Origin: Polymyxa betae A26-41 | Taxonomy: Eukaryota; Protista; Endomyxa: Phytomyxea | Direction: 5' to 3' | NCBI GenBank assembly: GCA_003693705.1 | Contig: RBZT01000267.1 | Coordinates: 1 to 64,000 of the forward strand | Length of the DNA: 64,000 bases | The notes under the pieces: generated by a model | Seen by the model: only the letters and a program-made list of their open reading frames with translations | Told to the model about the DNA's origin: nothing | Databases searched by the model: none | Translations under genes and position numbers: made by a program | In this document: in pieces, positions 15,162-27,976 of the stretch | Position numbering within the stretch: position 1 is the stretch's first letter | Layout: each line of letters begins with the position of its first letter

Positions 15162-17683
15162 TTATTTAGCAGCCTCGATATTTACATTTGCAGGGTATGA
15201 TGGCGTTTTCTTCCCTTTAGTAGCATTATGTATGATTAAATAAAGCACCGAACCCATGAATCGAATGCAATTTGTCACAGCGACGACAATAAACATGACT
15301 TGTAGGTAGGTAATTGCGATCACATTATTATGAGAAGCCTGATGTGCTGAAGAGATAAAGCTAACATACATGCCTTGCGAAAATATCCAAATCAGCAGAA
15401 CATAAGTCCGGAACCGCCCAAATCGCTCCTGTTGGGCCGTTCGGTGTATTTTCTCGTCAGCGCGAAGTTTGGCAATCCTTCGCAGCCGGGCTCGTACACG
15501 TTCATTGACGTCGGAATTCGCATTATCACTGGCATCATCTCGAACAATCTCCGATGCTTCTGAGATTCCTTTCGTGCCCCAGCTGATATCGTGTAAATTA
15601 CCTATTGAAATGATCAGTATGCCACAAAAAAGTGAAGAGATTCCATTACATATGCTGTAAACAGGAAAAATGACAAGGTAGACTGGGGCGATTACGAAGT
15701 ACTGAACAAAATTGGAAAGAACCACGACTATCTCGCCATGTAGAAACGCGGCAATGATAAGCAACCCGATTGAGAGACCAAACAGTACAACAAGCAAGGC
15801 CACATTGACTTTCCCGACGAACAGGGACGAAATTGAGAGTCCCGCACTCGATAGAAATATTATCGACCATAACGCAGAGCACACCATATAAATATGGGAC
15901 ACAGATGCTGGGCGGTTACCTTACTAACATGAGCAATCTATGCAATTGGAACGCAAAGCTTCTACATACCAAGACCAAGGACATATTGTGTGATAATGAG
16001 CCCAAGGAAAATATAGCGAAGGATCTGGTAAACGTAATTGTTTTCGCCAAGAATGATCATCATGGAGAACGTAAAGATCAAGTAAAGGTTGGCAACCATA
16101 AACCACGCAATCTGCAGAACGTTAAAACCAAGTCCAAGTCAGGCTTGGTTTCATACCAAAAGCTGGGAAACATAGAAGAGAAACTGACACAGAATCACGA
16201 GCTTTCTCAATGGTGTGTGAGTGGTCGCCTTCAAAAATCGGAATGTGTTGATCACAGTGTAAAGTGTGGCAAATAGACTTCCATTAAGCCACCTTCGCCG
16301 CTGTTTGACCAGATCAATCAAATCGGTAGGAGAGTCAGTCTTCGCAATTGCTCGCCTTCAACAAGATTAACAGGGAGGACTGGCTTCATGCAGAATGCGT
16401 ACCGATCATAATGCATGGTGTAATCGCATCCAGCTTTAGCCAGGATCTCAAAACACAGGATACGATCCTCGGCCAGATACTGGTTGGCCTCGAACGGTGT
16501 CAGCTTGTCAATGGGCGTCGCAATGTGGTGAAAGTATTTTTGCAATGGCGCCCCTTGCAAGGCTTCAAATCGGTAGGCAGAGAAGGCCCCAGGAAGAACG
16601 CTGATATAGCCGCAGACCGACTCGGTCGCTTTGTCCAAGAAATTGCTGACTTTATACTCAAAAGTTTGTCCAGCCAAGATCAGATTAATGGAGAATTTCG
16701 ACAGAGTGCTGATTTCACCACAGCATCCTCCTCTAATCAAACTTCAGTACAGCATAAAACAAACATGAATGGAAATTACATTTGCGGGTTACGACCCATG
16801 GTCTCCCAGAGGAAATAGAGCGCTTTCGGCATTGGCTTGGTGCCGACATCTAGAAGGAAGCAATACTCAGGCTTGATCTGCTCAGCAAACGCCGAGAAGA
16901 ACCAATAATGGCTATCTATCTTGCCGCCGTTGTGCTCCTTAACAGCCATCATCACTTGAAGGGGCGGGTATTGCGACTTCGCTTCCGTCTCTTCCTTCCA
17001 CATGATCACATTTTCAAACAGATGTACGCCGACGTCGGCGCCGTTCTTCAACTGCTCGTTCACTTTATCTTGGCTGAAAAGCCCTCGCTCTGTAGCCCAA
17101 TCCAGCGTCTCTTGTGAGGCGTTGGCCCGCCCATCGCTGATGATACAGACACAGATTCGCTTCCAGAATTCAGGGTCGTCTTCCCGTTGAACGAATGCGT
17201 TGATGTTCTGACAGATGCCGCGAAGCGTGACTGTGAGCTCTTCTGGGCCCTCGTTGTACATCGTAATCACGATGAACGCCACACAGTTATTCTTGGCGAA
17301 TCGGCATGTGTATCCCTTCTTACTGAACTGAATACAAATGAGAAGCCGAACTGATAGCAGTATTGAGTGATTACCTCCAGGGGCGACCTGGTCATTACAG
17401 GGATATAGACCAGCTGCTCATCGATGTTGTCATAACGATCGATGTCGACCGCAGCGACTGGACCTGGATAGCTCTGCCGATGCACGACCATCGACTTCAC
17501 TCAGAAGACGGTGATGAAGTGCAGTAAACGGTATGAAGGGGCCCATGAAAGGGGGTCGAGAGAGCGACCCAGCTGTTACGTCACTGTTCTGGAGCGCGTG
17601 TCTATCGTATATAGCCACCGACCATTACAGACAGTCGGTCGGCAGCACAGAAACCTCTCTTTGTAACTCCTAGGATCATTCAT
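15162..17683 (-). CDS. CHS: Chitin synthase (GT2), multi-exon; start approximate
   Basis: ITMYNE, IISDGR, KEHNGGKIDSH, LLDVGTKP, GGCCGEI, QTFEYK..LDKATES.CGYISVLPGAFSAYR, YLAEDRILCFE, KQRRRWLNGS, LHDISWGTKG, multiple TM helices. Confidence 0.95.
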
Positions 17684-18707
17684 CGTTGCTGACTCAGAGC
17701 GTGGGACGCCTCTTCATGATCCGCGACGGTTGTGCTTTCGCAGTCACGAGAGGCGAGGCGCCCTGGTGATAACGTTAGCAAAACAAACATAGCCGCGAGA
17801 TTGAAAATTCTGGAATATCGCTTATGCAAATCCAGCAGCCGCTGTATGAGCTCAATGAAAAAGCGCGCCTACTGTAGGAGCAAATCCACCAAGGCGGTTT
17901 AGACCTATTCTGTCCTATTGTAAAAAAATCTTTAAAAAATGTGAGAATTCGTGTCAGAAAAAGTGCGCCAGTCAAACTTTCAACCGCCCACAAACATAAC
18001 CGCCCAAATAACCGTCGGTTAAATTTTGGCAGACGCCCTTTGTGAAACTCGCATTGAAGATAACCGCCATCGTCCATCGGTGGATTTTTCCAAAGAGTTT
18101 GCAGCGATTATCTCACAGGCTTTTTTCAACATTAGTAGAAGTGCGTTACTTTGTTTCTCCTTCAGTAAAACGCTAAGCACCCTCTCATTCGTTTTATGAA
18201 ACTTGCGAATAGCGTCAGTAATTCAAGTCATCTGCCTTAAAAAGTATTTAGCCTCTTGATCACATTAGCGAACTCATCTTTTATCGAATCCGGATGGCGG
18301 AACCCAATCCAAATGTTTTGATGCAGGGATTGTATGTAAATACAGCTGCATGATTACAACTTCGCAATCAGTCCAAAGTGTGGAAATTGATTGAACGGTT
18401 AGGCGATTCCGGATTCAAAAGTCATTATCTTCAGATCAGTCTTGAAGCTCAAAACGTTGATTAACAAATATGAGATGCAAACTACATTTACTATAATGGC
18501 AAGCTCACAAAGTTCAACCATATTTTGAAGCTAAGAAGTTGATTGATGGAGCGAAACTCGTTGAGTCAACTTGTAATTACTGTTCTCTTGTTGACAAGGA
18601 ATTTAATGCCAATCTTTAATCCATCCAAACCCTTTCAAGGCTTTGTTAGCTTAAGTTAATAAGCTTTCTGTTGTATCAGAATCCACATTCAAACCAACCA
18701 CAATCAC

Positions 18708-20321
18708 ATGATATTTATTGGAATTTTGCTATCGGTTACGCTCTGCATCGCCGCAGTAACAGTACCTGACTTTTCCTGGGAGAATCGGCCTCAGCTCATC
18801 GCTTTCACTTTCGAAGGGCCGTTAAACAACTCCAAAGACGCCTCGGCGTTATTGTCCCATTTTTCGAATGGTCGCATGTCATGCTCAGATTCCATCCCTG
18901 CTACATGGTTCGCAACTGATTGTACAAGTGATCTGCAAATTTTGCAATCAAATAACTACGAGATTGCAATCTACAATGCTAGCCAATCGAGCGGGTCATG
19001 TCTGCGTTCAAATGCCACTGTTGATGGGGTTCGTGTAGGCAATGTAACGAGCGCATCCGGTCTCAAATATACCATGCTCGAGTCATCATCCTATATCTGG
19101 CCGTTTGTAGAGTCGAATATCACCCGGGTTCCCTTCGTCAATGTGAACGCTGTTACTTTGATGCAGGCTTTAGTTGAAAACTACGATGGCGCTAGAGCGC
19201 CCATGGTAGTTTCATTAAGCAGCATGATGCAAAGTGTTGGGGCCGACGTTACGAAGCTGATGTTGCAGGAGATCATGTCTCTAGACGAAGTCGTCGCCAT
19301 CACAGTTGGTCAGCTGTCGCAGCTGGCCAACGCCAAGTCGGCATCTGAAGCCGAGTCTGTCGTGAAAGTTTGTCGCCTATTGACTTCAACAGATAATGAA
19401 ACTATGACCACATCGCCTGCAACAGTCAGTGGTAGGTCGCGCTGCTCCATATCTTTTCAGTGCCACTTAGCCAAAGTTTTGATAGGAACATCAAAGCCTT
19501 CACAAGTGAACAGCAGACCCCAGCCATCCATTGCCCTGAATGGCACATCCACAGTTGTTTCCAAGGGCAAGAACACTAACATCTCAGCTGGTGCAGGGAC
19601 AAACGGCACAGTTATAACCCCTGGCAATGGAAATATTGGCACGGCAGCTCCTACCAAGACTCCAACCTCGACAAACGGCACAATTATAACACCTGGCAAT
19701 GGAAATATTGGCACCACAGCTCCTACCAAGACTCCAACCTCGACAAACGGCATTATTATAACACCTGGCAATGAAAATATTGGCACCACAGCTCCTACCA
19801 AGACTCCAACGTCGTCAGGGGCAAACGGCACAATTATAACCCCTGGCAATGGAAATATTAGTACCACAGCTCCTACCAAGACTCCAACCTCGTCAGGGAC
19901 AAATGGCACAATTATAATCCCTGGCAATGGAAATATTGGCACCATAGCTCCTACCGATACTCCAACCTTGTCACCAAATGTCATTGGTGAGATACCGAAG
20001 AACGCCAAGACCGGCCCTGGGGCAGATTCAAACGGTAGTTCGGAAACGTCGTCATCAAAATCGACTGGCTATGTCCCATATGTTATTGGAATCGGTGGGG
20101 GTCTTTGCGCTATGGCTGTCGCCATCGTCTATAAAGTACTCAAGAAAGAAGATCGTTTTCCTCCAGTAATCACAAATGGATATGTGTTTGAAGCCGAAGA
20201 TCGTGAAATCTACGATCTCGAAGCTTGTAATAGCAGCGTCAGGGCTGTTTCAGAGAGCCGAGGCAGTATCTCGTCCTCCTATGTTCATTCTGATCTAGAA
20301 AGTGTTTCTAGAAGGTCGTAA
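18708..20321 (+). CDS. Type I membrane glycoprotein: signal peptide, degenerate CE4 chitin-deacetylase-like domain, Thr/Pro/Gly-rich repeat stalk, TM helix, Ser-rich tail
   Basis: Signal MIFIGILLSVTLCIAA; PQLIAFTFEG, IPATWF, YEIA, IWPF, NYDGARAP, EVVAITVGQL; TM YVIGIGGGLCAMAVAIVY. Probable in-frame 54-nt intron near 19432. Confidence 0.75.
   Translation: MIFIGILLSVTLCIAAVTVPDFSWENRPQLIAFTFEGPLNNSKDASALLSHFSNGRMSCSDSIPATWFATDCTSDLQILQSNNYEIAIYNASQSSGSCLRSNATVDGVRVGNVTSASGLKYTMLESSSYIWPFVESNITRVPFVNVNAVTLMQALVENYDGARAPMVVSLSSMMQSVGADVTKLMLQEIMSLDEVVAITVGQLSQLANAKSASEAESVVKVCRLLTSTDNETMTTSPATVSGRSRCSISFQCHLAKVLIGTSKPSQVNSRPQPSIALNGTSTVVSKGKNTNISAGAGTNGTVITPGNGNIGTAAPTKTPTSTNGTIITPGNGNIGTTAPTKTPTSTNGIIITPGNENIGTTAPTKTPTSSGANGTIITPGNGNISTTAPTKTPTSSGTNGTIIIPGNGNIGTIAPTDTPTLSPNVIGEIPKNAKTGPGADSNGSSETSSSKSTGYVPYVIGIGGGLCAMAVAIVYKVLKKEDRFPPVITNGYVFEAEDREIYDLEACNSSVRAVSESRGSISSSYVHSDLESVSRRS
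19600..19968 (+). repeat. Coding tandem repeat, 5 copies of a 72-78 nt unit (TNGTIITPGNGNIGTTAPTKTPTS[SG])
   Basis: Five near-identical units visible in DNA and protein; four of the five carry an N-G-T sequon. Confidence 0.95.
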
Positions 20322-20366
20322 AATTCAAAACATTTACACTAATGTAAAATACAATGATAATTTAAC

Positions 20367-20676
20367 TCAATTTTCAACCTTGGGAGCGACCGGGGTCTCA
20401 TAACAAACATACGGCTTCAGCTTACAGCCAGTAAGGTCGGGAAATTTAATGTCCAACATCTTGTCTAAGTTTGGATACGCCAGAAATATACCTACATCCT
20501 GTTTCACAAGCAACACTTTTTGCTATGACAAACTTCATACCTTTCTTGGAAACGATACCTGTCTTGAGGCAGCCCTTACCCTTGTAGTACTGTTGGTTGC
20601 CTCGTTTCGACGTCAAATTGCCTCGTAGGTTCTTTGTCTTACGCGATCTCAGCAACGATCGGATGACACCCAACAT
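20367..20676 (-). CDS. MRPL41: Mitochondrial ribosomal protein mL41, 2 exons
   Basis: LTSKRGNQQYYKGKG..TG followed after one intron by FPDLTGCKLKPYV. Confidence 0.88.
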
Positions 20677-20959
20677 CTGGAACCTTCAAAGAGAATTGCA
20701 GATGACTTGGAGATGTATAGACGTGACAGTGGCGAATGTAACGCAACAACACAATCCCCCGCACCTTAGTGGCCAATGAAGACAGACGACTTCACATTTC
20801 ATTCTGCTTTGACCTTGTTTACCTAAGAGACCTCTGGTTGTTGCTAAATGGCGACAACTTTTTTGTCGATTTCGAGGTGCAGCCGGTGACGTGGTTGGAG
20901 ATGTCATCGCTACCACAGTCACAGGCAGATGATTTCGGGTCAGCTTAGTCATTTCAGTA

Positions 20960-23900
20960 ATGTCGAAATCTATAGTTCAGAGGCTATCGGTTATGCCGAA
21001 AATCGATTACACAGAAGATGAGATGAACGAGCTCAAGCAGACGTTTCAGGAGTATGATGAGAATGCATCCGGGTTTTTAACCCCACGCCGTGCTGTAAAA
21101 TGCATATCTGATCTGAAATATAATTTCAATGAATCTCTTATCTTGCAAATCCTTAGCGATCAGAGCAAGGATAAGTCTCAAGTCACCCTGGATTTCAATG
21201 ATTTTGTTAATTTCATCGATGTTATCGGAGCGATTGATGCCTACGTTGTCGAACATCTTAATGACCTGATTCAGGGCCTTCCTGAGCCAGCATTACAAGC
21301 GGTCTATTCGAAAATAGGGGTCTCAGATTCTCAAAAATTGCTTCATTATCTAAGCGGTTTAGTCACTTTGGGATCTAACGACTCGTTTAAATTCTCTGTA
21401 AACTCTCCACTGCCCTCTGTATAGCATGAGGTATGACCATTTTTTCGTAGGAAGTTTACGAGTTACTGGGTTATGAGGACATAGACCAATCTGAAGCGGC
21501 TGAGGTTGCACCAGATCCCATTGTTTCTCTATCGCCAGAACCAGAAAAAATGGTTTCGTCGTCGAAACAAAGTCAATTGAAACCTAACTTCTTGCAAGTG
21601 CCTCTTGCAGATTCTCAGAACAATCACAATGCATCATCTAAAACCCACCAGCAACAGATGCGTCGCAATCTTTCTGTTCGTTTCGATATCGAAGGCACGA
21701 AACAGTTTCGTCTACCCAAACTGAGTATTCCTAGTGAAGATGAAGCGGAAATTCAGCCGGCTGCATTAAGAACATTAAATGTCAACCCCAAGCCTACATC
21801 ATTTCGTTTCGCTGAAAAGGTCACAGACGAACCCCTATCGGATAATGACGAGCTGGTCGCCAGACAACACAAAACCAAAACGAGCACAGATAGTGACACA
21901 AATGACAGCAAGCCAACCGATGTCTTGGCGACCCAAAGCCAGGCATTCGTTATTCCATCATTTGTCGAAGAATTTGATGAAGAAGATATTGCTTATGTTC
22001 ATGATGCATTCGCTACCTTCTTAACTGTTTTCGATCGGGACCATGATGGCGCCATTGCAGCTTCCGAGTTAGGAACCGCTTTACGGATGTTAGGATTAGA
22101 TCCAAGTGAGGATCAAATCCAAGATCTTTTCATAAGAACAGATGTTGACCGCAATGGCATGATCGACTTTGGTGAGTTCTGCCTGTACTACAAGCAAATG
22201 CTAGAATCGGAATTCAAAGATGGTGTTCCTCTTCAGCATATCAAGTCTATGTTTGCGAAAGCAGATTCGAATAATGATGGAGAAGTCAATGTTGCTTTCA
22301 GTCTAATCTTTCTCGATCTGAAGTCATTGCTGTTAGGTCACTCGAGAAGAGTTCGCACATATAATTCGGAAAGAATTCCCTAATTTATCCAATTCAAACA
22401 TTGACGAATTACTGAAGATTGCTGACAACAATGCTGATGGAATCATTGATTTCGAAGAGTTCGTATCTTTCCTGACTAGATCTGACAAAAATTCGCGAAT
22501 CTTTGCCAGAAAATTGTTTCGAGCGCATCTACCATCTCCAATTCAGTATCTTACTGCATATGGGAAAATGCCTTCTAATTTCAGACCCTCCGCTCTGGCA
22601 AGCTTACAGGTTATGGATCATCAGGTTTCGTGCTTAGCTGAAATTCATACAGCATGAACGAATCAGTTCTGCCACATCACATGTTGCCCCTACTCTGGAT
22701 TCCCATTGTATCGGTCTCGAATTTCGTGATTTACGTCTAGCAGAGGGGTCAACTGCAATAGCACCGATTGTGGGCGAAGTTTGCGTGCAGATTGAACTTG
22801 TTGGGGCAGAGGGCATTCCGATTCCAGTAATGAATCGTCATCGGTAGGCGTGGTTTGCTGGTATGATATCTGCTAGTCTTATCCTCGTAAAAGAATCGTC
22901 GCTCGCCGAGCTCGCGTTGCGTTATTTAATGGCGACAAACCTATAAGCTGTCAATATGTTACGAGAGCGCATTGGAGTCCTCAAGAAGAGGATCGTTGGA
23001 GATTCGCTTTTCCCACATCTTCGATGCATATTTTAATTGCGAAATCGAGCCAGAAACAACCATTTCTGTTGATCGAACTGTCACTGTTAGTTGAAGACGA
23101 AACTAAGCCTTCATGCTCCGAGATGACTTGCGGATTTGCAACTATTGATTTGGGCGGCGAAATGTTGATTAAAACTGTAACGGTAAGTACGCCGTGCTGT
23201 TTATCGTAACGATTATTATCGAAAGAATATTTTATAGGAAACTGCTCCTGTGTCTGGTGGGACATTCAAAGCCAAAGCAGTAATAAACGAAGATGAAATC
23301 CTTGCTCGGCGAGAGGGCTGGCGTAGATTGACATCAATGTTTAAAGGGAAGCCATTACCTACTGTAAGCATAAAAATAGGTCCAGTTGCAGATGGCAAAC
23401 TGAAGGAGCATACCTACCGTATTCCAAATGATATTATAGCACCTTTGGCGTCAGTTGAGGTGTTACATCTGTTTTTAGAAATCTTAGCTGACGTAAGATT
23501 TCAGTCCGCCAAAGTTTTCTTAATTCCGATGCTGACCCGGTTTAGGCGACTGTACGATGTGCCCGACCTTTTGTTGCTGCAACATCTCATCCTCAGCAAG
23601 ACGCTGCGATCCGAATATTTCTCGATCAGATTGTTGTCAACCCAGATTCGATTTCTGCGCTGGCCGAGGCTTGGAAACATGTCAAAAAGAATCTGTCCAG
23701 ACAAGCGAAAAGGAAGCTGAGTCCTGGAACCCCAAACGATTTCGTTAAATCGGAGTTTCGAAACACAATTTTAAGGCTGTGGCCAGCCCTGTCTTCTATT
23801 TTGTTACAAGACCCAGAAGTCGGGCGAACTGACCATGAACGCCTATCGTTGCTCTCGTATTGTGCCAAGGAAGACACATTCGATCAGTTTTCGTCAGACG

Positions 23901-24073
23901 GTTTAATCAATAGAGCTACCGTCGCGCCTGGGCAAGATATCTCAAAATCTCTTATCTTTCGGGCCTTCCATACCGATGACATTGCATTCTCATACGATAT
24001 GTACCAAAACGACCTGAATCCGTTTGCAATCCTCGAACGAGAAATTCGTGAAGCATGCGAAGTAAATGAATAA
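20960..24073 (+). CDS. EF-hand (calmodulin-like) protein fused to a nephrocystin-1 C-terminal homology domain, multi-exon
   Basis: EF loops DRDHDGAIAASE, DVDRNGMIDFGE, DSNNDGEVTREE, DNNADGIIDFEE; then MPSNFRPSAL, LEFRDL, IPIP..RRARVALFNG, RAHWSP..WRF, LLIELSL..EMTCGF, GGT, matching recalled NPHP1 motifs. Confidence 0.75.
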
Positions 24074-24100
24074 TATTTTACAGTGACACATATAGATACA

Positions 24101-25228
24101 TTAAGGTGTTAAAATCGCATCAATAGACATTTTAGGCAGAATGGGCTCGAGGAGTCGCGGTAGGAAGGGGGTTACAGAAATGAAGCCATCGTTAATGGCT
24201 CTCCTATCAGAGCCGATTGCAGGCTCCTTCATAAAACAGCATTTCTCAAATTGATATGATTCAGAACCATCATCAGATTCAGTGCTATTTGTTTTAGCGA
24301 AAAGCAACCCGTAGGTCTCGTTCAGTGCAGAACACAGCCGGATCTTTACAACGCTTCTGAGCTTCTGAGGTAATAATGGGACGACACCAAGATTTTACCT
24401 GAGCGTCTGGGCGAGAATCCAGACCAATATTGACGTTGTATAAAAGGCCTGTTAAACCATCTGGCCAGCTTCTCCACAGCTTGGCGACCACATTTCCTAA
24501 CGTTAGGCAAAGTGACGATATAAGCGACGAATACGGCGTCCAATCAGTTGGAAGTTCACGATATGATACTGATAACGATATTGACCTAATGCCTTGTAAT
24601 GCACCTTCCAGAGCACCAGCAACCTGCAATTAGATGTAAATATAGAATGTACACATGCTGTGGACTGACCGTCCCTGACGACAAGATGTACGACGAACCG
24701 CAATTCTGACCGATATTGGGACCTTCTCATTGTTTTAGAGATCGCCATCTGATCTCAGGAATCCTACCTGAAATGATCAAATCCGGTTGAACAGGATGCA
24801 ATTTTGTAAGCGCCAGCAGAACGGAAGTCGCTGGTGATCCCTCAACTATGGTCCATCTAGCATTGTTTATAGTCTCCAAACGCTTTTCTGTTTCAGATGA
24901 CGATAATGTCAAGCAACAGACAGGTTTAATTTACCAGGGTAAGAATCGGGAGCAGCTCTCAATGTTAACAATCGAACTGTTCCGAATCTGTCAATCTTTT
25001 TCGAAACCCAAGACTGCTGTTGTGAAGGCAGATAACTACAAAGTAATGGAGTTTTACCAGAAAGGAAGGGCGCATTGGAAGGCTTGAGACTCACACTACA
25101 ATATGAGAATCAGGTAATTGGTTACAGAGCATTTCAACAAATGCAGATATGAAGGGCGAGTGCGGTCCAGGAGGGCCATCATCATTTGTGATGAGAATAG
25201 TCGCTGGCCGTCTAGGTCCCCATTCCAT
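24101..25228 (-). CDS. surE: SurE-family 5'/3'-nucleotidase, multi-exon
   Basis: ILITNDDGPPGPHSPFI, PSQQQSWVSK, GSPAT, PDLIISGPNIGQN..ILSSGTV, GALEG..ISLS, D..AINDGFISVTP. Confidence 0.9.
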
Positions 25229-25440
25229 TCGAGACTACAGTATACGATGAAGTAGCAATCTGATAGTTCCTCCGCACTTCTAAATTGGTTAATTCGCTAA
25301 GAAGCCCGGTCTAGTCGTAAGCAACGCAAGCATTTCCAGCTGAGATAAAACGATTCATTGAAGAATGAGTCGCTAAATTAAAATGATATGTATTTAGATA
25401 CAATAAACGAAGATGTTCCAGTGTTTGTTACTGGGCATTT

Positions 25441-27367
25441 TCAAATATATATGACATAATCGCTTCAATTGCACTACTATCGTCAAAATCTGCAAGACCC
25501 AATGTAGCATAAGCCTATAGGTTCATCATTGAAAATCATAAACACCACAGATCTACTCTCATACCTCGATGCACAGCTGCAAAGGCACCTGCAATTCGGT
25601 ATGACAATGTCTAATAGGATAAGGCAAATCTATAAGAGCATCCGCCTCTGACAATGCCAAGGCAGATTGCATCATTCTATCTGAAGCCTATAGGTACAAA
25701 CTTCTCAATAGCATGCAAAATCGGAGTTCACGTCCATACATCATGCATAATTTGACTTTCTCTCAGAGCGCTTTGAAGATCATTATCAGCATCCATGTCA
25801 AGTAATGACTGATTCTTGCATTCCTCTTCCAGCAGATTGGTAAGGCTTTCGTTGATAGCGCTTTCAATCTCTACAGAGTCGATTCTGTCTGAAAGATGAC
25901 TAATCTGTTCTAATGTTCTGCTTGAAGGCAAGCGTAAAGCTTGCTCTTCTATTATAAAAGGCCTCGGGGCTAACGAAAAGAAGTCAGCGCTATTATCAAA
26001 ACGAGAATCATAGTTCCTACGAGGCGGCCGAAATTTCGTCACTATTGAGTTATAATGCGACTCAAAATGGTATGAGAGTCGAATTGGATTTGTTAAAGAA
26101 TCTTTTGATGAGTATGTCCTCATAGGTTCTACAATTGATCCATTAGAAGTCAGAATTTAAGAGGAAAGCTGCAACAATACCCGTGGAATAAGCGAATACG
26201 AGAATAGGGCGTTGATATATTTCCGACATAGCCTGGATCTCGAGATGATCTCCCCAGACACCACTTCGGCGCATTCTGCTAACGTAAGAAGAGAAATTAT
26301 CGGATGTAGTATAGCTTGAAAAGAAATCCCGTTCTCGTTCCTGAAAGCAGTTGAAAAACACTATTACACAAAGTACAAAAAGCGAACCATATAATCACAA
26401 CAGAAGTTACGAATCGCCATATGATATCGAGGGTCTGCATAAATTTGATGGCTGATTGCACGAAAAAGGCAGTTCCCATCAAACTCCATGTCAACAATTT
26501 CAGCATTGAGCCGAATTCTCATAAGTTGCCGAAAGTGTTCCTAACAACTTCGGTGAGAAGTAGGCAAGCTATATCGTTTTAAGAAAAAAACCTCGTCCTG
26601 AACGGTTGCCCGAAAATACGACTTTTTTTCGCGAATATCTGGATAAAGCTTTTCCAGACCTAAAATGTACAATAGGTAAATTACAAAAAAATTCGTGCGG
26701 CAAATGACCTCGATCAATAACGGGAAGCTCCCCTTCAGATGTTTCTAAAGGCACTAATCGATACGAATCACGATTAATCCATTCGTCATAACGCGAAGGC
26801 ATATTCAAGTAATGCACTTTCACCATAGTTGCAGAAGTCTCAACAATCTAAAATCGAAAATTAAACCCAAGTCTTGAAAAAACAAATGATATTATCATAT
26901 TGGACAGAAGAGAGAGAAAGGGAGAGATAAGAAAGCAGGATTAAACGATCACCTCTGCATTACACCATTGATCTCTAGCGTCCAAGACCTGGAGGCGATC
27001 TCGTGGCTTCCACTCGGTCTAACATCGATTCAGCAACATCAAGAAAATTGTATTCAGAAACAACACCTGGGCATGGGACGCGATAGAAAAATTCGGTGTG
27101 TGTTCATGCAGGGACGAAATTCTAGCCGAATCGCAGGCGATCCATTCCTCATCGCTGCTCCTCAACCTAACAGCCCGCTCAGTGCGACCAGGCATGGTGG
27201 ACACCTTCCAACCCTTTGTAATGGACGAGACAGTAGCTGTCCTGAATGCTAACGATCTGAGCCTCGAGCCATTGCCTGCTGGGATGTAAAACATCAACCC
27301 AAGAATGAAGTGAGATGTCAGGAGGGACTCGATCCGACTCGTCTCTGTCGATACCAACGACTGCCAT
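25441..27367 (-). CDS. OTU-domain deubiquitinase (OTUD5-like) with two N-terminal Tudor-knot/MBT-like modules and UIM-like C-terminal helices
   Basis: DGNCLFRAISHQIY, WGDHLEIQAMSEIYQRPI, PIRLSYHFESHYNSI; N-terminal WLEAQI..LVHYKG..EEWI and VKVHYLNMPSRYDEWI; DLQSALRES. Confidence 0.88.
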
Positions 27368-27524
27368 TAGGGTTTGACAGAGTACCTACTAGGGTTCTAT
27401 TTGCGCCTCTATATCCAGCCTCCATATTCCTCACTAATTCGATCTTACACTCTACAGCATCTCCCAGCCTGACACGCAAGGCAATTATGAGCAGCGATAT
27501 AGCAATTTATTTGGGGGAAAATAT

Positions 27525-27976
27525 TCAGTCTTCGTTGATAGAGACTTCAACCTCGACACCGGGTTCGATGTTGATGGAGGTCTGTTAGGGACAATTACTA
27601 TACGGATGGAGACGGCATCAATTGCTGCTTACGATCTGTTTAACGACATCAGCGGGCGATCGCAGGTCGATCAGGCGCTTGTGAATACGCATCTCGAATC
27701 GGTCCCAGGTGTTGGTACCTTCACCACATGGCGACTTTCGGACAGTCAGCCGTAAGGTCTTGGTCGGTAATCGGACAGGGCCGGCGTGCTTCAGGTCCTT
27801 GTCTTTAGCGCCGCGGATCAGATCACCGCAAACTACCCAGCGATTAGGACCTGCCGGGACACGACTTTTTCGACGCGCTTACCCTTCTCGAGAGCAGCGA
27901 CATTTCGGCTGGTCAAGGTGATGCGGATACGGTGGACGGGAGCCTCAGCGACCTCGACAGCCTTCTTGGTATCCAT
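27525..27976 (-). CDS. RPS20: 40S ribosomal protein S20 (uS10), 3 exons
   Basis: [66 protein letters not shown]. Confidence 0.97.

Noticed and set aside
19600-19968. Regularly spaced repeats resembling a CRISPR array (also 47748-48112)
   Set aside because: Units are contiguous, in-frame multiples of 3 with no unique spacers, inside eukaryotic secreted-protein ORFs, and there are no cas genes.
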